Origin: Azolla caroliniana
Lineage: Eukaryota > Plantae > Polypodiophyta
NCBI GenBank assembly: GCA_043228905.1
Contig: JBHGNT010000007.1
Coordinates: 19,220,001-19,284,000 of the forward strand
DNA: 64,000 nucleotides
Reading direction: 5' to 3'
Positions 13,113-25,949 of the stretch are shown one piece after another; the stretch's first letter is position 1, and each line of letters starts with the position of its first letter. The translations under genes were made by a program, and so were the position numbers. Below the pieces are notes generated by a model, which did not search any database, had not been told where the DNA came from, and saw only the letters and a program-made list of their open reading frames with translations.

Positions 13113-16100
13113 ATGGAAAACTCGCCTCTGCAATCAGTGAAAGACTCATGCCTCAAGCTGCGACAAGAATGGGAGAAAATGATTCAGAATGCAGAAAAGT
13201 AAGTATTTCCTTATTGAATCTCCCGTTTCTAGTTTTTGCTACCGTGATTGCACTTGATTCACGGTTGCGTTGTGCTAGAATTAGAAATGATTTTCTCCTA
13301 CGGTTTGGTTTCAGAGTTTCCACCGGAAAATTGGGCTGTTTGAAAGATCGGGAAATCGCACTCATGGCAGAGAGATCAGAAGTTCATTCACTCAATGAGG
13401 AAGTTTCCGCACTGCGATCTTCTATTGTCCGATTACTGGATGAGGTTTCTCTTTTACCAACCTTATACAGTTATTTTCTATATGTTAGGATGCACATGCT
13501 TTATCTATAATAGACGTGTTTATCTTCGATTCCTCTAGATGCACTAGCGGAAAGCTACCTGTAAAATATGGGCTGAAACACTGTTTTGTGCAACTATGGC
13601 AATGGAATGGAAATTTTAAATACGAGATTGTATATATATCCGCATTTAAGCATCCCCAATTCAAGAAGTTTAATTTTTTCACTTATATACAGATTTGCTT
13701 TACAATGTACATGGTACATGTATCAAAGGGCATGTTCCTCTTTGTTTTAATACATACATATGATTCGTATCTTTGATGTATGTGGCCAAAGCACAGTTTC
13801 ATGCAACCATGCTATGGAGTTGCCGAGTTTCCATGATTTATGTTTTCTTACATTCTCTCAAAAGATGCTTTACAGAGCATCCCAGTGTCATTTATAAAAT
13901 AGAATCTGAGCATCAATTATGTAGGTTTATTCTCATTGTTCCCAAAAAGAGACATTTATTTCTCAATATTTTAGCTTTTCTTTTTGCATTCTCAGAAATG
14001 TCCATTTTTTATAGTACTATAAAGAATTTGTGTTACATTTTTTACATGGGATCTTAGGCATCAGCTTTTTACAATGTCATTTGTCTTTATAGGAGAAAGA
14101 AGCCCTCATGGAGAAAATTTTAACGGAACAAATCAGAAAGAGCATACAAAACCAGGTAAATGATTTAAATATTACCAAGATCATGTTTGGATTGGACATC
14201 TCAAGGAGCTGACTCCTGGATGAATATTCTTGAAAAGAATAGAGAGCAGAGAAAGAATATTATCTCAAGTTGTATGATAACAGTTAACAATTTGGTAATA
14301 TTAAACAACTCATTCAAGAAAGAACAAACATAACACCAAAAAACAATAACTTACAAGTAGATCAAAGGGGGGGTTGTGATTTTAAATGCAATTCCATATA
14401 AGGCAAGTATAAACTGTAGCTCGATATTCAAATATTGAACTAGCAAACTCATATAAGTCTATTGCGAAATTTAATGGTGCAAGTGAAAACTGTGAAGAAC
14501 AGTGAATCCAAACCCGCAAAATAAATCTTGTAAATGCAAAGTTGGCATGAATGATATTGAAAACCAAATCTAGGAGATAGACAAGTCGATTTGTCGAGAT
14601 AGACAATGCACTGCCATATAAGGCAAATAGACATTGTATGTCAATGTTTGAACAAGTAAATCCATTGCAATTTGCTGCAAAATTCCATTGTGCTATGGAA
14701 AACTAAGGAGAGCATTGATCTTGAAGCCTTCAAAGTGAAAGAATCATGAGCTTCTTCTGAATGTGAATCTACTATTGATGAGATTTAAGACCAAATTTAA
14801 TAGGCAGATAATTGAGGGTGGGGAGATTATCAGTGCACTACTCTATAAGGCAATCATATATTATACGGCTATTTTCCACATAGTCTACTCATAACAATAT
14901 TCAATCTCGCAATATGAAGTGGCCTTCAGTCAGAAATTGACCAGACTGAAGGCCAAATTTAGCTTGTTGACAACTACGCTGATCTATATTTGGGTTTTCG
15001 AAAGATACCCATGTTTGTGCAAAGAACAAAAGAGAGATACTTAGGCAATCCATATAGCTTTGTTGGACAAGGGATGCTGACCAACCTCGAAGTATAATAT
15101 TTGCAAATTCTCAATTTTTATGATCTCTGGTATTGAGAACAATTTTGATTGTAGCAAGAATTTAAAATCATGTCCAATCTTCGCTCTATTTTCATGGAGT
15201 TTTCAGTTCCAATTTTTTGATTCTTGTTTCCTTTTTAGGCACAATCTTTGAATTCTTTGTTGCTAATTGTTATTCTTTAGCTAATGGAGTATTACGCATA
15301 TGGTTTTATTGCGGTATTTGCTTAGCTTCCCTTTTCCTTCATTTTATGTTTGCATTGTCATACTCTCATGAATAGTGTCTTCTTTGCTTGAATTAATACT
15401 CGGATTTGTGAGACATCTGATCTACAATCTTTTGTTTTAAATATTCTGTAGAGATTGAGATCTTATGTAGTCTTGATTCTAATTTGTTTTCTGTAATGAT
15501 AAAAATGATGAGCACTCAATGGCAGAAATAGATATATACATGCATTTGTGATGTAACTATATCTTGAAAAGGATTTTTGTGGGTGTAGAGTTTACTAAAT
15601 CTATTTCTTGAAAAGGATTCCACTCCCCATTGCGTGAACAATTTTGCATCTTAAAAAAAATATTTCCCTCAATTTGGTGTTTGATGGTTAAATAACTGTT
15701 TAGGATTTTCTACTGAGGAATCTTTTGTGGAGAACCTAAGAACCCCATCAAACTTTCCTTTTCTGAAATTCATTGTTGGTCAAGAGTTTTTTATTCAAAG
15801 AAATATCATGTTACATAGTGCTATGTTTATTCAAATCCTCTATTTCACACTAGATAAAATAAGGAAAGCAATGCGGTTCTTCTTTTTGAGAAGTAAAGGT
15901 ACGTTAAGTTTTAAGTCTATGGGCAAAGTGTAATTTACGATGTATAGAATATGATATTTGGAGCTGATCGTATGATAGTACTTTGTATGGGGTTCTATTC
16001 TCTGCAGGAAGCATGATACCCTTTCATCTAAGTTTTTCATTGTGAATTGCGTAAAAATTACGATCTGTTTAGAAGAGTTTTCTTGAAGTAAAGGCTTGGG

Positions 16101-19100
16101 TTTAAATAAATACAATGCTTTGATGTCATTTTAGGCAAAAGCTAGATGATCTTAAACATTTACCCCAAGAAGCTCTACTATTAAAATTTCTTGTCTTCCA
16201 CTAATCCCCAACAAGGGCTATATAGCCTCATGGATCCTATGTAAAAGAAAAGTGTAGATTCTCTGTGTATTAAAATTTCTTGTCTTCCAGTAATCCCCAA
16301 TATGCATGTCATTTAGGATAAAATTCCTTGCTTGCACATACTATTTCCTGTGTATGGGTGCATTTACAACAGTTTCAATGATTGCAGTTCATGCAGGTAA
16401 AACAAATGCAAAGTTGTTTAGCAAGTCAATTGGTATGTTGCAATACTAGCTCCTTGTATGGTGTGTGTAAAAATTTCCAAAAGCTAAACTATTCAATGAT
16501 TTTTATGAGTCAGGTTAATTTAAGATTACTATTGGAACCTTTCGAAGATCAGAAACTAGATAGTGCTCCAAATAAAGCTGTGAGATATATAGCTTGTCTA
16601 TTCAGAAGATTTCTGTAATTTTTGAGTGGCAATTTGTTTTGGAAAGACACAATTGCATCTTCTTCATATTTTCAGGTACCCTTATCTATGAGAAATGCCT
16701 CAACATGCCAGAGCAAGCTGCAGAGGTATCATTATTGGAGACAATGATTTAACTGAAAAATAACTTTGGGGTTTTTGCTCCATTATCTGACGTCTAAATC
16801 ATTTACAATTTTTCCTGATTTCTATTCTAGATCTAATTGTAGAGGCATCATTGATGATGTTTGTAAGATTCGTGGTGAACAAAAACCAATTGGTGTCTTG
16901 TATGGGGACTGCAAAACGTCTGATGCTAAAGGGGAGGATGTTGGCAGTATCCAAAGATGTCATATAGCACCTCTGGATTTGCAGCGTTTTTCTGAGGGTC
17001 CTTCTCCACATGTAACCATATTTAATCCTATTACTGTGAAGGAAGAACCCCAAGATGAATCTTCTCGGGGTCTATGTCTACTCTTTAATGAGAAAGACAT
17101 AGTGAATGGAGATAATATTAAAGATATGGATAATTTGGATCATGAATTGCTCTCCGAACGTCTAAAGGTTCTTAGGCAAAACATATGTCAACACATGAAA
17201 GAAGAAAGAGTAGATGATCTTGCTGAACATGGAATTCCCATTGGAGGACAGTGTAGTGCAAGAAGTTTGCATGAGTCTAAGTGTTTTGACATAGATAGAC
17301 GTAAAAGAAAACGACATCAAGATTCACAAAGGGGTTCATTGCCTACAAGTAAAAAGAAAGTGTATGTTTTGCATATTCAATTTTATTATGACTTATCTAT
17401 CTAGCTGAACAACGATGAGCTTTGTCAAGTTAATACCTTTATTTGTTTTTTTTCTCTACAGAACAATTGAGATAGCATTGCAAGAAGATGCTCCTGGCTT
17501 GCTTGAGGTTAGTGTTTTTCATGAAGAGTGAATGAAAATATTCTAATCATATCTATGCATGTATGTTTGAAAACGTAGGCTGCAATGACCATAGCTGTGC
17601 TCTAAAAGTGTTGCTATAACCTTATATTCTTAGGGCATGTCATATGGACTTCCAAAAGCACATCAAATTTAAAGTGTTGCTAAAAAAGAATATCGTTGCA
17701 TGATATAGGGATACATAATGGACAACAAGAAACAACTCCAGCTGCACATATAGTATACATTTTGATATTGCGCATATATACTATGGAATTACGGAGTGAG
17801 AAAGAGTTGGGATGAGATGGGGAGAGAGAGAATGTGGGAGAGAGATAAAGAGAGTGCCCAAACAATTCTAGTTCAATTAGTAAGAATGTCTTGCAGAGAC
17901 CTGAAGGTCATGCATTCAACCCCTACTGTCCTAATGGCATCTAATAAAGTAGTGTATATAATGATCTGTGGCATATATTGTTTTCTGTGGTCAATCTGCA
18001 ACTTTTTCGGCTTTTCATCAAGGAAAAAATAAGGGGGCCATCTTGTAGTATATGATTCACTTTTTGAGGAATACAATATTTCATGCTGAATTCAGAAATT
18101 GTAATATGAGTGATTGAGCTTTAGTAGTGTCTTTTTCCACTGGCTAGTTCTTTGTTATACCTGAGCTTGGTAGATTGTGTCCTTCGTTGGGAGTGGCATT
18201 TGGTGACTCGGGGATGCCTTCGATGTGCACATTGATTTGTGTCACATTCCTCATTTGCTCTTCGTCAATTTTACTTTATGCAGGTTCAATTTCTTATCAT
18301 TGTACATGTTCCTAGCTACCTCCAGCCATCTCAATTCTTTTGCATCATTTTTAATTTTGCGTTGATTACTTCAGTCCTACGTTTCTCTAGTTCAACCGTG
18401 ATATTGTCTACGTTGTTAACTTCCACATGTTTGACTAAATGAAATTCTACCTTTACCTCTTTAATTACTTCCATTAGAGAGATATATTGATATTTTATTA
18501 TTGTTTTCAAAGGTCAAATATGATGTATGAAACCAAAAATTTAACATTTTCATGTAATGCATGTGAAAGTGAGTAATGACTCTTGATGTTCAAGAACTTT
18601 ATTTGTGAATATTACAATTGAGAGTGCACAAAAGGACCTATGAAACCAAAAATGTAACATTTTCACATAATGCATTTAAAAGTGAGTAAAAACTCTTGAT
18701 GTTTAAGAACTTATTTGTGAATGTCACAATTGAGAGTGCAGATAGTGACCACGAGGGAAATTCATGGAAAGATAGGGTTGGGTCGAAGGTGTGGAAATAA
18801 TTTTTAAATGTGATCTAAAGTAGGGAGACATTATATCAATGATTGATTCTTAAACTCCCGATGTTTTTTGGGCAAAATATGCATAGTCGACTAGTCTCAT
18901 CACGTGTACCCCAATATGAACTAACTCGCATGGAATCAACTGTCCAAATAATGAGCAATGGGATGAGTGCCAATATATATTGGGGTGTGTGGTTTCCTTG
19001 TTCAACGAAGAATATGGTATTGAAGCTAGGTGCAACGTAGGTAGTATTATGTATGGAACGTGAGCCTTCACATTTTTCCCATGCCATGATACATTGACAT

Positions 19101-22100
19101 TGCATAAAGGCCTTGTTCATAGAGAAATCTATTGATGCTTATTCTTACTTTGGCTCTTCATAGGCATAATCTTCTTTTTAGAGTTAATGACACACAATTT
19201 AGTGTGCATGCCCTCATGAGCTTTTGTGCATCTTGTAAAGTATTTGCAAAAAGCACCGCATCATGTGCATAGAACAAAAGCATGCTGACTACATTCCCAA
19301 TGGAAGCTTCAATGCCGTATTCTTTTACAAACTTGGCACCCATTGCTTCTATTTCATCAATGCTTAGGCCAAATAGTGTTGGTGAGAGTGGGCATCCTTG
19401 CTTAACACCAATAGGGCATCCTATCGCCTATATGCACACAACATATAACCTTCTCATAGATTCAAGAAATTGCAAACATATATTCAATTGGTACCACAAG
19501 TTCTTCCATGTGCCTCCTAGGGTGCTCACAAAGTACCATATCAACATGCATGAACTTCCATTTGAACATTTCAGCCTTTGTACATTGAAAATCTTTTGCC
19601 CCTTGCAAGTCCACTTCATAAAGCCTTACGAATAGATTCTCAGTCGTAAGGAACGTAGATGTGAAAGAGAGCCATAATACATCATCTTCATGACATTTGA
19701 TTGCTCATATAAGCTCTTGCAAAGCATGAACAAGTCCAATAATAGTCTAGTTAGCATAACTCAACACATTTCCCTTTAGTTTCTCCAAAATTTAGCACAT
19801 GCATTGCTTTCTCTTTTGTTTGAAGAAAGTGCTGAATAACTATTAAAGTTTTTGACGATTTTCCTTATACTTGACTGTATCCAAACTCATAAGGCACTTT
19901 CAAGCTTCATGGCATTTGTTATCAAACCATTCCTTATTTGAACCACATTTCTTGATGCCTGTACAAGGTACATGCTTGGCTGAAATGGATGTTTTCGCAT
20001 GAAAAAATGACTTTTTTGAAAGCTTCCCATTCGCAGTCTAGTGTTGCACCATGTTATAAGTTTGTTATTTGTAACATATCCATTTTGGATTACATGGTTC
20101 CTCATTTAAAATTACACACAAATGTGGTTGTTCGATATATCTTTAATAACCCCATACTCACCTCCCCCCCCCTCGCCCTCTTTATTTTCTCACAATTTTA
20201 GCTATAACTTGGTCGTATGAGGTCCGATATTGATAAGCTATGGCTTGAATTGTAGCTCATGTCAAGATCTAGGAAGATAATTTTTTTTGATCAACTTAAA
20301 GTATACATTTTTCAAAACTATACTTCTTGCAAAGTTTAGCCTTACAATGGCTAACACATGCAAGGGGCGAAAGCATTGAAGAGAGTATGATTGATAATGA
20401 GCCGAAATCATCAAAGTTTTTTTATTTGAATGTAGTAACTCAAGGCACAATCAAAACATTGCTTAGGAATTATTTGTTTTCTTTACAAGAAACAATAAAC
20501 AAGTATGGTGAAGAGGCCAAGGAACTCATTAGGAAGGAGATGAAACATTAAGTTAATCTTGTTGAGAATATGAGTTTTAAGAATATGGTTGCAAACTTGA
20601 AAATGAGCCCCAAGCTTGTTTGGAAACAAGTGAGTTTGGGTAAGATTGAGCTAAAGGATGCATCGAAGGAGGAAAAAATGGGCATAATGAGTTTGGATGT
20701 GAATGAAATGAAGAATGTATGCACAACAAATTTGTTTGTTAATGTATGTTGTCTCTAACTTGCCTATCATCATATGATGATTCAAGCAAAAAATGTGGAA
20801 AGTAGAATTTAGAGAATATGAATGGTGATTGAAGAATGTTGTCATTCATGGGATCAAAGAGGAGAGTATGGAAACACTTGCATCCTTGGAACATGAAAGA
20901 ATTCTTTAGTATGCATTATGACATGTTAAATGTGAATGTGTATAGGACATGATCAAATCGATCGTTTGGGAGAAATAACTTACGATAAAAGAGGATCATA
21001 CTAAAAAATAGTTTGGTGCGTACCTCATAGTTAATTCTTTATGAGTGAAGATCAGACCATTTTACAACAAAATACCCATGTTTAAGCATAGGAAAAAACT
21101 GAATAAGGTTAAGGATCATAGAAAATGTCTTTTCACACATCCTTAACTTGTTCTTTTATTATTTTTGCAATATTTTACGATGACATTTTGTTGTGAAATG
21201 CTATTATCTTCACTCACAAAGTATTGTGTACCGATTTGGCACACTCAACTATTTTTGAGTATGATCCTTCTCTTTACATCACCATTGTGCATTTGATAGG
21301 CCTTTCTCTTAAACAAACGATTCAATGTGCACCATACAAATTCATATCCGACATATCAAAGTATATATTAAAGAAAATTTTGATGACTTATTTGTTACCC
21401 GTAGGAGTGTAGGGACCGGTGTAAGGGTCAAACGTATAAAGGGGTTGTGGTATATGTGTAATGTATATGAGTGTGAGTGAGGATAAATATGTGTATGAAC
21501 ACATGCACAATTATGTGCATGTGTACAAGAATGTAACGGTCAATTATGTAACCGTTATATTATGTACTATATGAACCCCCTATGGGGCATGTAATGGAAT
21601 ATAGAACTTTTCCCTCTCATTTCTGTGTCATCGTTTCTCTCTCTCCCTCACGAGTAACCCCCTTGGGAGGGGGGTGGAGTTGTTCTTGGCTCCACCCCCC
21701 ACCCATAAACACTTGGCACGCCGGAAAAAAAGCAAAAGGCATGATACGAGTAGCAACTGGCGGCCGAATGACAATTGGCGGAGGAAATACAGCTCCGCAT
21801 ACAAAAGGAAATGGCATGTATAGGAGAGTTGCATGACAAATAATTGAAGATCTTGTAGACAAACATGGGGTTAATTCAAGACCGCTATGTTGTGCAGTTC
21901 GGGCGCACTGCAAGCAAATCAAGCAACTCGAAGACACCATACAGGAGATGCGGGCCAAAACAGAAATGAGCATAGAGAGGATCGAGACATTGCTCTCACG
22001 CCGGAAGGAGTCGGCCCTAAAAATGATTGCCGACAAGGTGGAACAAGGATGGAAGGCTTGGTCTGCACAAGCAGCGGAACTTCATATTTGGTGGACAAAC

Positions 22101-24999
22101 CAGGAGAACAGGCGAAAGGAAGGTAGGGAATTCTTAAGCTCGATGAGGACAGTGTCACAACCATTCGGGAGGAGCTTGCGAATGACTACCCGACCCTAGT
22201 GCAATGCCACTCCACAAAAATAGCGCAGCTATTAGAGGAGTTCGGGGACGATCAACTCCAATTCACACTGGAGATGGAGGCATATGAGGCTGAACAAAGG
22301 TAGTCTACGAAAGATCAGGAGACAGGTGAGGAGCCGGAGCACATTCAACTCCTCGACAGTGAATCGAGTGGGCATTCCCCGGTAGGGCTTGGCAACGCAT
22401 TATCCATACTTCCTAGTACCATTGAGAGGGCTGATGAACAGTTGGCTGTCATTCCGTTGCCACCATGCAGCAAGCCCATTACACTGACCCAACCTAGCCG
22501 ATACCTCAGGAGCACACACAGCACGAAGAGCTCAATGACGACACAACCCGGGAAACAACGAAAGTGACGGAGCTGATAGGACATACACCGACCTCACTAG
22601 ATGTCGGCACCAACGAATTGGCTCAAAACGAGCTGAACATTTTGCACATCTTTGACAATGCCTAGCCGGACAAATTTTGGGTTTGACCGTGCCAAGAGCA
22701 TTGTCGCACGGGCGTGCCAAGTGTTTATGGGTGGGGGGGGGTGGAGCTAAGAACAGCTCCACCCCCTACCAAGGGGGTTACGCGTGAGGGAGAGAGAGAA
22801 ACAATGACACAGAAATGAGAGGGAAAAGTTCTATATTCCATTACATGCCCCATAGGGGATTTATATAGTACATAATATAACGGTTACATAATGTGACCGT
22901 TACAAAAAGACCGTTACATTCTTGTACACATTCACATAATTGTGCATGTGTTCATACACATATTTATCCTCACCCACACTTGTATACATTACACATATAC
23001 CACAACACCTTTATCATGTATGACCCTTATACCACCCTATACACTCCTATGGGTAACATTTTTCAAGGATCTATGTTCTCCTTTTTTATCCCATGGGTGA
23101 TAATGTTCTTTGGTTGATGTTCATTTTCTTTCAATTCTTTTGCGTCTCAACTTTATGCATTCGGTTCTTGATTTATTGTATGCATGATAGGCAAAAGACA
23201 ACATCACTACGACATGTATCGGTCCATGAATTTGTTGTGTATACATTCTTCATTTCACTCACATTGCACCTCATTGTGACCATTTTTTCCTCTTTTTAAT
23301 GCGTCGTTTAGCTCAATCTTGTTCAAATACTCATTTGTTTCCACAACAAGCTTGTTAACATCCTCTAGCCTCATCTTCAAGTTTGCAACAATTTTCATAA
23401 GACTCACTCTTACAAACAATAAGTTGTAGTTTCACATTCTCCCTCATGAGTACCTAATGTCGTCGCCTTAGTTTATAATTTCATGCAAAGAAACCAAATG
23501 ATCCATAAGCAATGTTTCCATCGTGAATTAAGTTGTTTCATTGAGACTGAGAATCTTTGATGATTTCAGCTCATTATCAATCATTCTTTTAGAATTTGTG
23601 GCCCTTGTCGGAGAGTTTGCCATTGTAAGACCAAAATGGACAAGAAGTATTGTTATAAAATCTTTGTACCTTAAGTGGATCAGAGAGTTATCTTCATAGA
23701 TCTTGTTGTGGGCTTTGATTCGAGTCATAGCTTGTCAAAATCAAACCTCATATGACTGAGTTATGACTAAAATAGCGAGACAATATAAAGAGAGAAATAT
23801 CTATGCTTGATGTAATATGACATCATATGATCGAGATATGGCTAAAATAGTGTGGCAAGAGAGATATTTCTGCAACAGAAGCTAAAGGAAAAAGGGCTCC
23901 TTCAAGATATGATTATACATTGTGCTTGCTGTGATGATGAATGGAGTGATACTGTTGATCATTTCAAAGACCTGGAGTTGATTGCCACGAAGGTTTGTCA
24001 GTTGTATTCAAGAGTTGAAAACAATGTCACATCCCTCAATCAGCAAGTGACAAGCATTTGTTCTGGATTTTGCTTTATGCACACGCATGTTTCCTGTGCA
24101 GGTATGGGGAAGTCCTTCAGGTTTTTTTAAGTTTCCTCAACATAACCGTCAACAAACAAATGTGGCCAAGGCACCTACATACTGCTTGTCCTGTTTGGTT
24201 TTCTTGATGGATCAGGTGAAACATAGTATAGTGATTACAGATGGATATGTTAAGCATACTTTCATACTGTTTGTTTAAGTATATTTCGGTATTTCAGGCC
24301 AAGTCATTGCAACAAAGAGGCTGGCCTGTAGAATGGGCTTGGTGTAGACAGCTACAGGCTTTTGTTTTTGTTTTTGACAAACACAATAGGTAAAAGCAAT
24401 GATGAGATAATGTTACAATGCATATAATTGCAATCTCATGAATCATGAGCATCATAATATCCTCTAAATAGTACATTCAGTTATGTTCTTCAACAGGATT
24501 ATTGTGGAGCGTCCTGAATATGGAAACGCTACATATTTTTTTGAATTAGTTGAGTCTCTACCAGTGAACTGGCAAGTACTGAGGCTGATTAAGGTCTTGA
24601 ATGTTACAGCCTTTGGCAAGACCTCCCTCTTGGAAAACAGACCCTTACAGGTTGGCACATTTTCATCCTGGGTCATTGACAATCTACAATATTTTGATTA
24701 TTTTAAGTATCAATGTTTTCTAGGTTGACTGTGATTTGACAATCGATGAATCTAAAGTACTAGTCCATTATGGTTGGACTCCAAACACTGGGCTTGGTTC
24801 GTTCCTTAACTTCTATGATCGAGTATACCACGATGTGAAAGATGAAGACAATTTCGAATGGAAGCAAAAGCTTGGTAAATATCTTATGGATGGATATGAT
24901 AAGGGACGAATTACAACACAAAATATCCCTGAACTGCGAGAGGGACTTATCCATCCTGAACTTCAGGAAGATATTAAACCAGATGTTGCACTTACATGA
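13113..24999 (+). CDS. uncharacterised conserved plant protein (At5g16610-like), ~551 aa, 11 coding exons
   Basis: GT-AG exon chain with consistent phases: 13113-13198, 13315-13444, 14093-14155, 16676-16725, 16831-17361, 17462-17507, 23879-23992, 24102-24215, 24298-24389, 24497-24650, 24724-24999 (1656 nt). C-terminal motifs ALQEDAPGLL, YCLSCL, WPVEWAWCRQLQAFVFVFDKHNRIIVERPEYGNATYFFEL and GWTPNTGLG...DRVYHD...EWK match my recollection of that family. The N-terminal exons are less certain. Confidence 0.85.
18526..18745. repeat. tandem duplication, 2 x ~113 bp, in an intron of gene 1
   Basis: TATGAAACCAAAAAT...GAGAGTGCA at ~18526 and ~18640. Confidence 0.85.
19090..20110 (-). mobile_element. 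decayed LINE (RTE-like) reverse transcriptase fragment, antisense within the gene 1 intron
   Basis: Minus-strand GVKQGCPLSPTLFGLSIDE (~19355-19410) and LLFYAHDAVLFA (degenerate YADD). Confidence 0.85.
20180..21100 (+). mobile_element. decayed LINE 5'/ORF1-like fragment, copy 1
   Basis: ORF1-like motif KNVVIHGIKEE at ~20832. Aligns in reverse complement to 21130-23795. Confidence 0.6.
21130..23795 (-). mobile_element. decayed LINE 5'/ORF1-like fragment, copy 2, interrupted by the 21393-23058 insertion
   Basis: Motif KNIITHGIKKE (~23078-23110). GATTGATAATGAGC.GAAATCATCAAAG is shared with copy 1. The sequence is colinear across the insertion. Confidence 0.6.
21393..23058. mobile_element. 1.67-kb element with ~330-bp inverted termini, each arm resembling a gypsy (Tat-like) LTR plus PBS
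   Basis: Arms 21393-21722 and 22711-23058 are reverse complements (~90% by eye). Outer ends are TGTTACCC...GGGTAACA, and each arm ends internally AAACA-CT-TGGCACGCC. Flanks are TTATT / TTTTT, a 5-bp TSD candidate with 1 mismatch. Confidence 0.85.
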
Positions 25000-25949
25000 A
25001 TGATGAAAGGATGCAGTTTTTCTGTGTTTCTGATCTCCGATGTGTTAACAGCCAAATGTAAAGTATTACGAAGTGAGAATTGATGGTTGACAACTAACCT
25101 CATTGCTTATGACAGCAATTGTCGAGCTGCTTGATGTACTGCTTTAAAAACAATCATGAAATATTTGTCTTGGCCAACATAACTTTTTGATCGGATTTTT
25201 GTTCCCGACTTCTTTTATTCAATTTTATTCTTGGTTTCCATGTTTGCTTTGAATTTTGGTTTCATATGTCATATTTGACCACCAAAGAGAAAAATAAATA
25301 AATATGCCTCTGTCTCTGTCTCTCTCTTGTAAATGTTGCAAAAACCTCCAAATCAATTTTCCTTTCAACTGATGTATGTGTTTATGGTACTCATCAAAGG
25401 AAAACCCATTTCTCATATTTGATTCTACCAAAATTGCCACTATATACAAGTATTTTTCTATAAACATATTGTGCGTATTAAAACAATTCTTAGCTCTCTC
25501 TCTCTCTCTCTCTCTCTATGAAAACATATAATTTTAGTAAAAGTGTGAAAAGTACTAAAATGGTGCCACAATTGTATGATGCTACCTCTACCTTGGTAGT
25601 GGGACATGTGGAATTGTTGATATATTGATAATCAGATACTCCATCGAGGAAATAATTTCAACTTTCACTAAGAAACAAGATTGGCACATCAATACTACCT
25701 TAAACTTTCATAGCTATGCTCTAATTCCATGCCTACAATCAAATACAAAAGCATTGTACGTAAACCAATTAGGACACAATTTTGATTATCTCAGAAAAAG
25801 CTCCATCTTTGATATTTGGTTAGTTGTGGGAATTGTGCGAAATTTGTTTTCGCGTTGAATAGAACTCCAAAACTTCCAAAAAACTATTTGTAATAATACT
25901 TCAGAATGTGTACGTATAGGAATATTGTCATATTCAACTTTTAAAGAAC

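Noticed and set aside
14217-15060. LTR-like segment in a gene 1 intron (minus-strand CAACCCCCCC, repeated ATAAGGCAA)
   Set aside because: I could not define termini or a TSD.
16388-16396. Possible 9-nt microexon (TGCAG-TTCATGCAG-GTAAAA)
   Set aside because: It would preserve the frame, but the polypyrimidine tract is weak and there is no independent support without RNA-seq.
21393-23058. DIRS-like tyrosine-recombinase retroelement, or Mutator element
   Set aside because: No YR/RT or internal complementary region is visible, and there is no 9-bp TSD or G-start TIR. TG...CA ends plus PBS fit LTR/integrase chemistry better.
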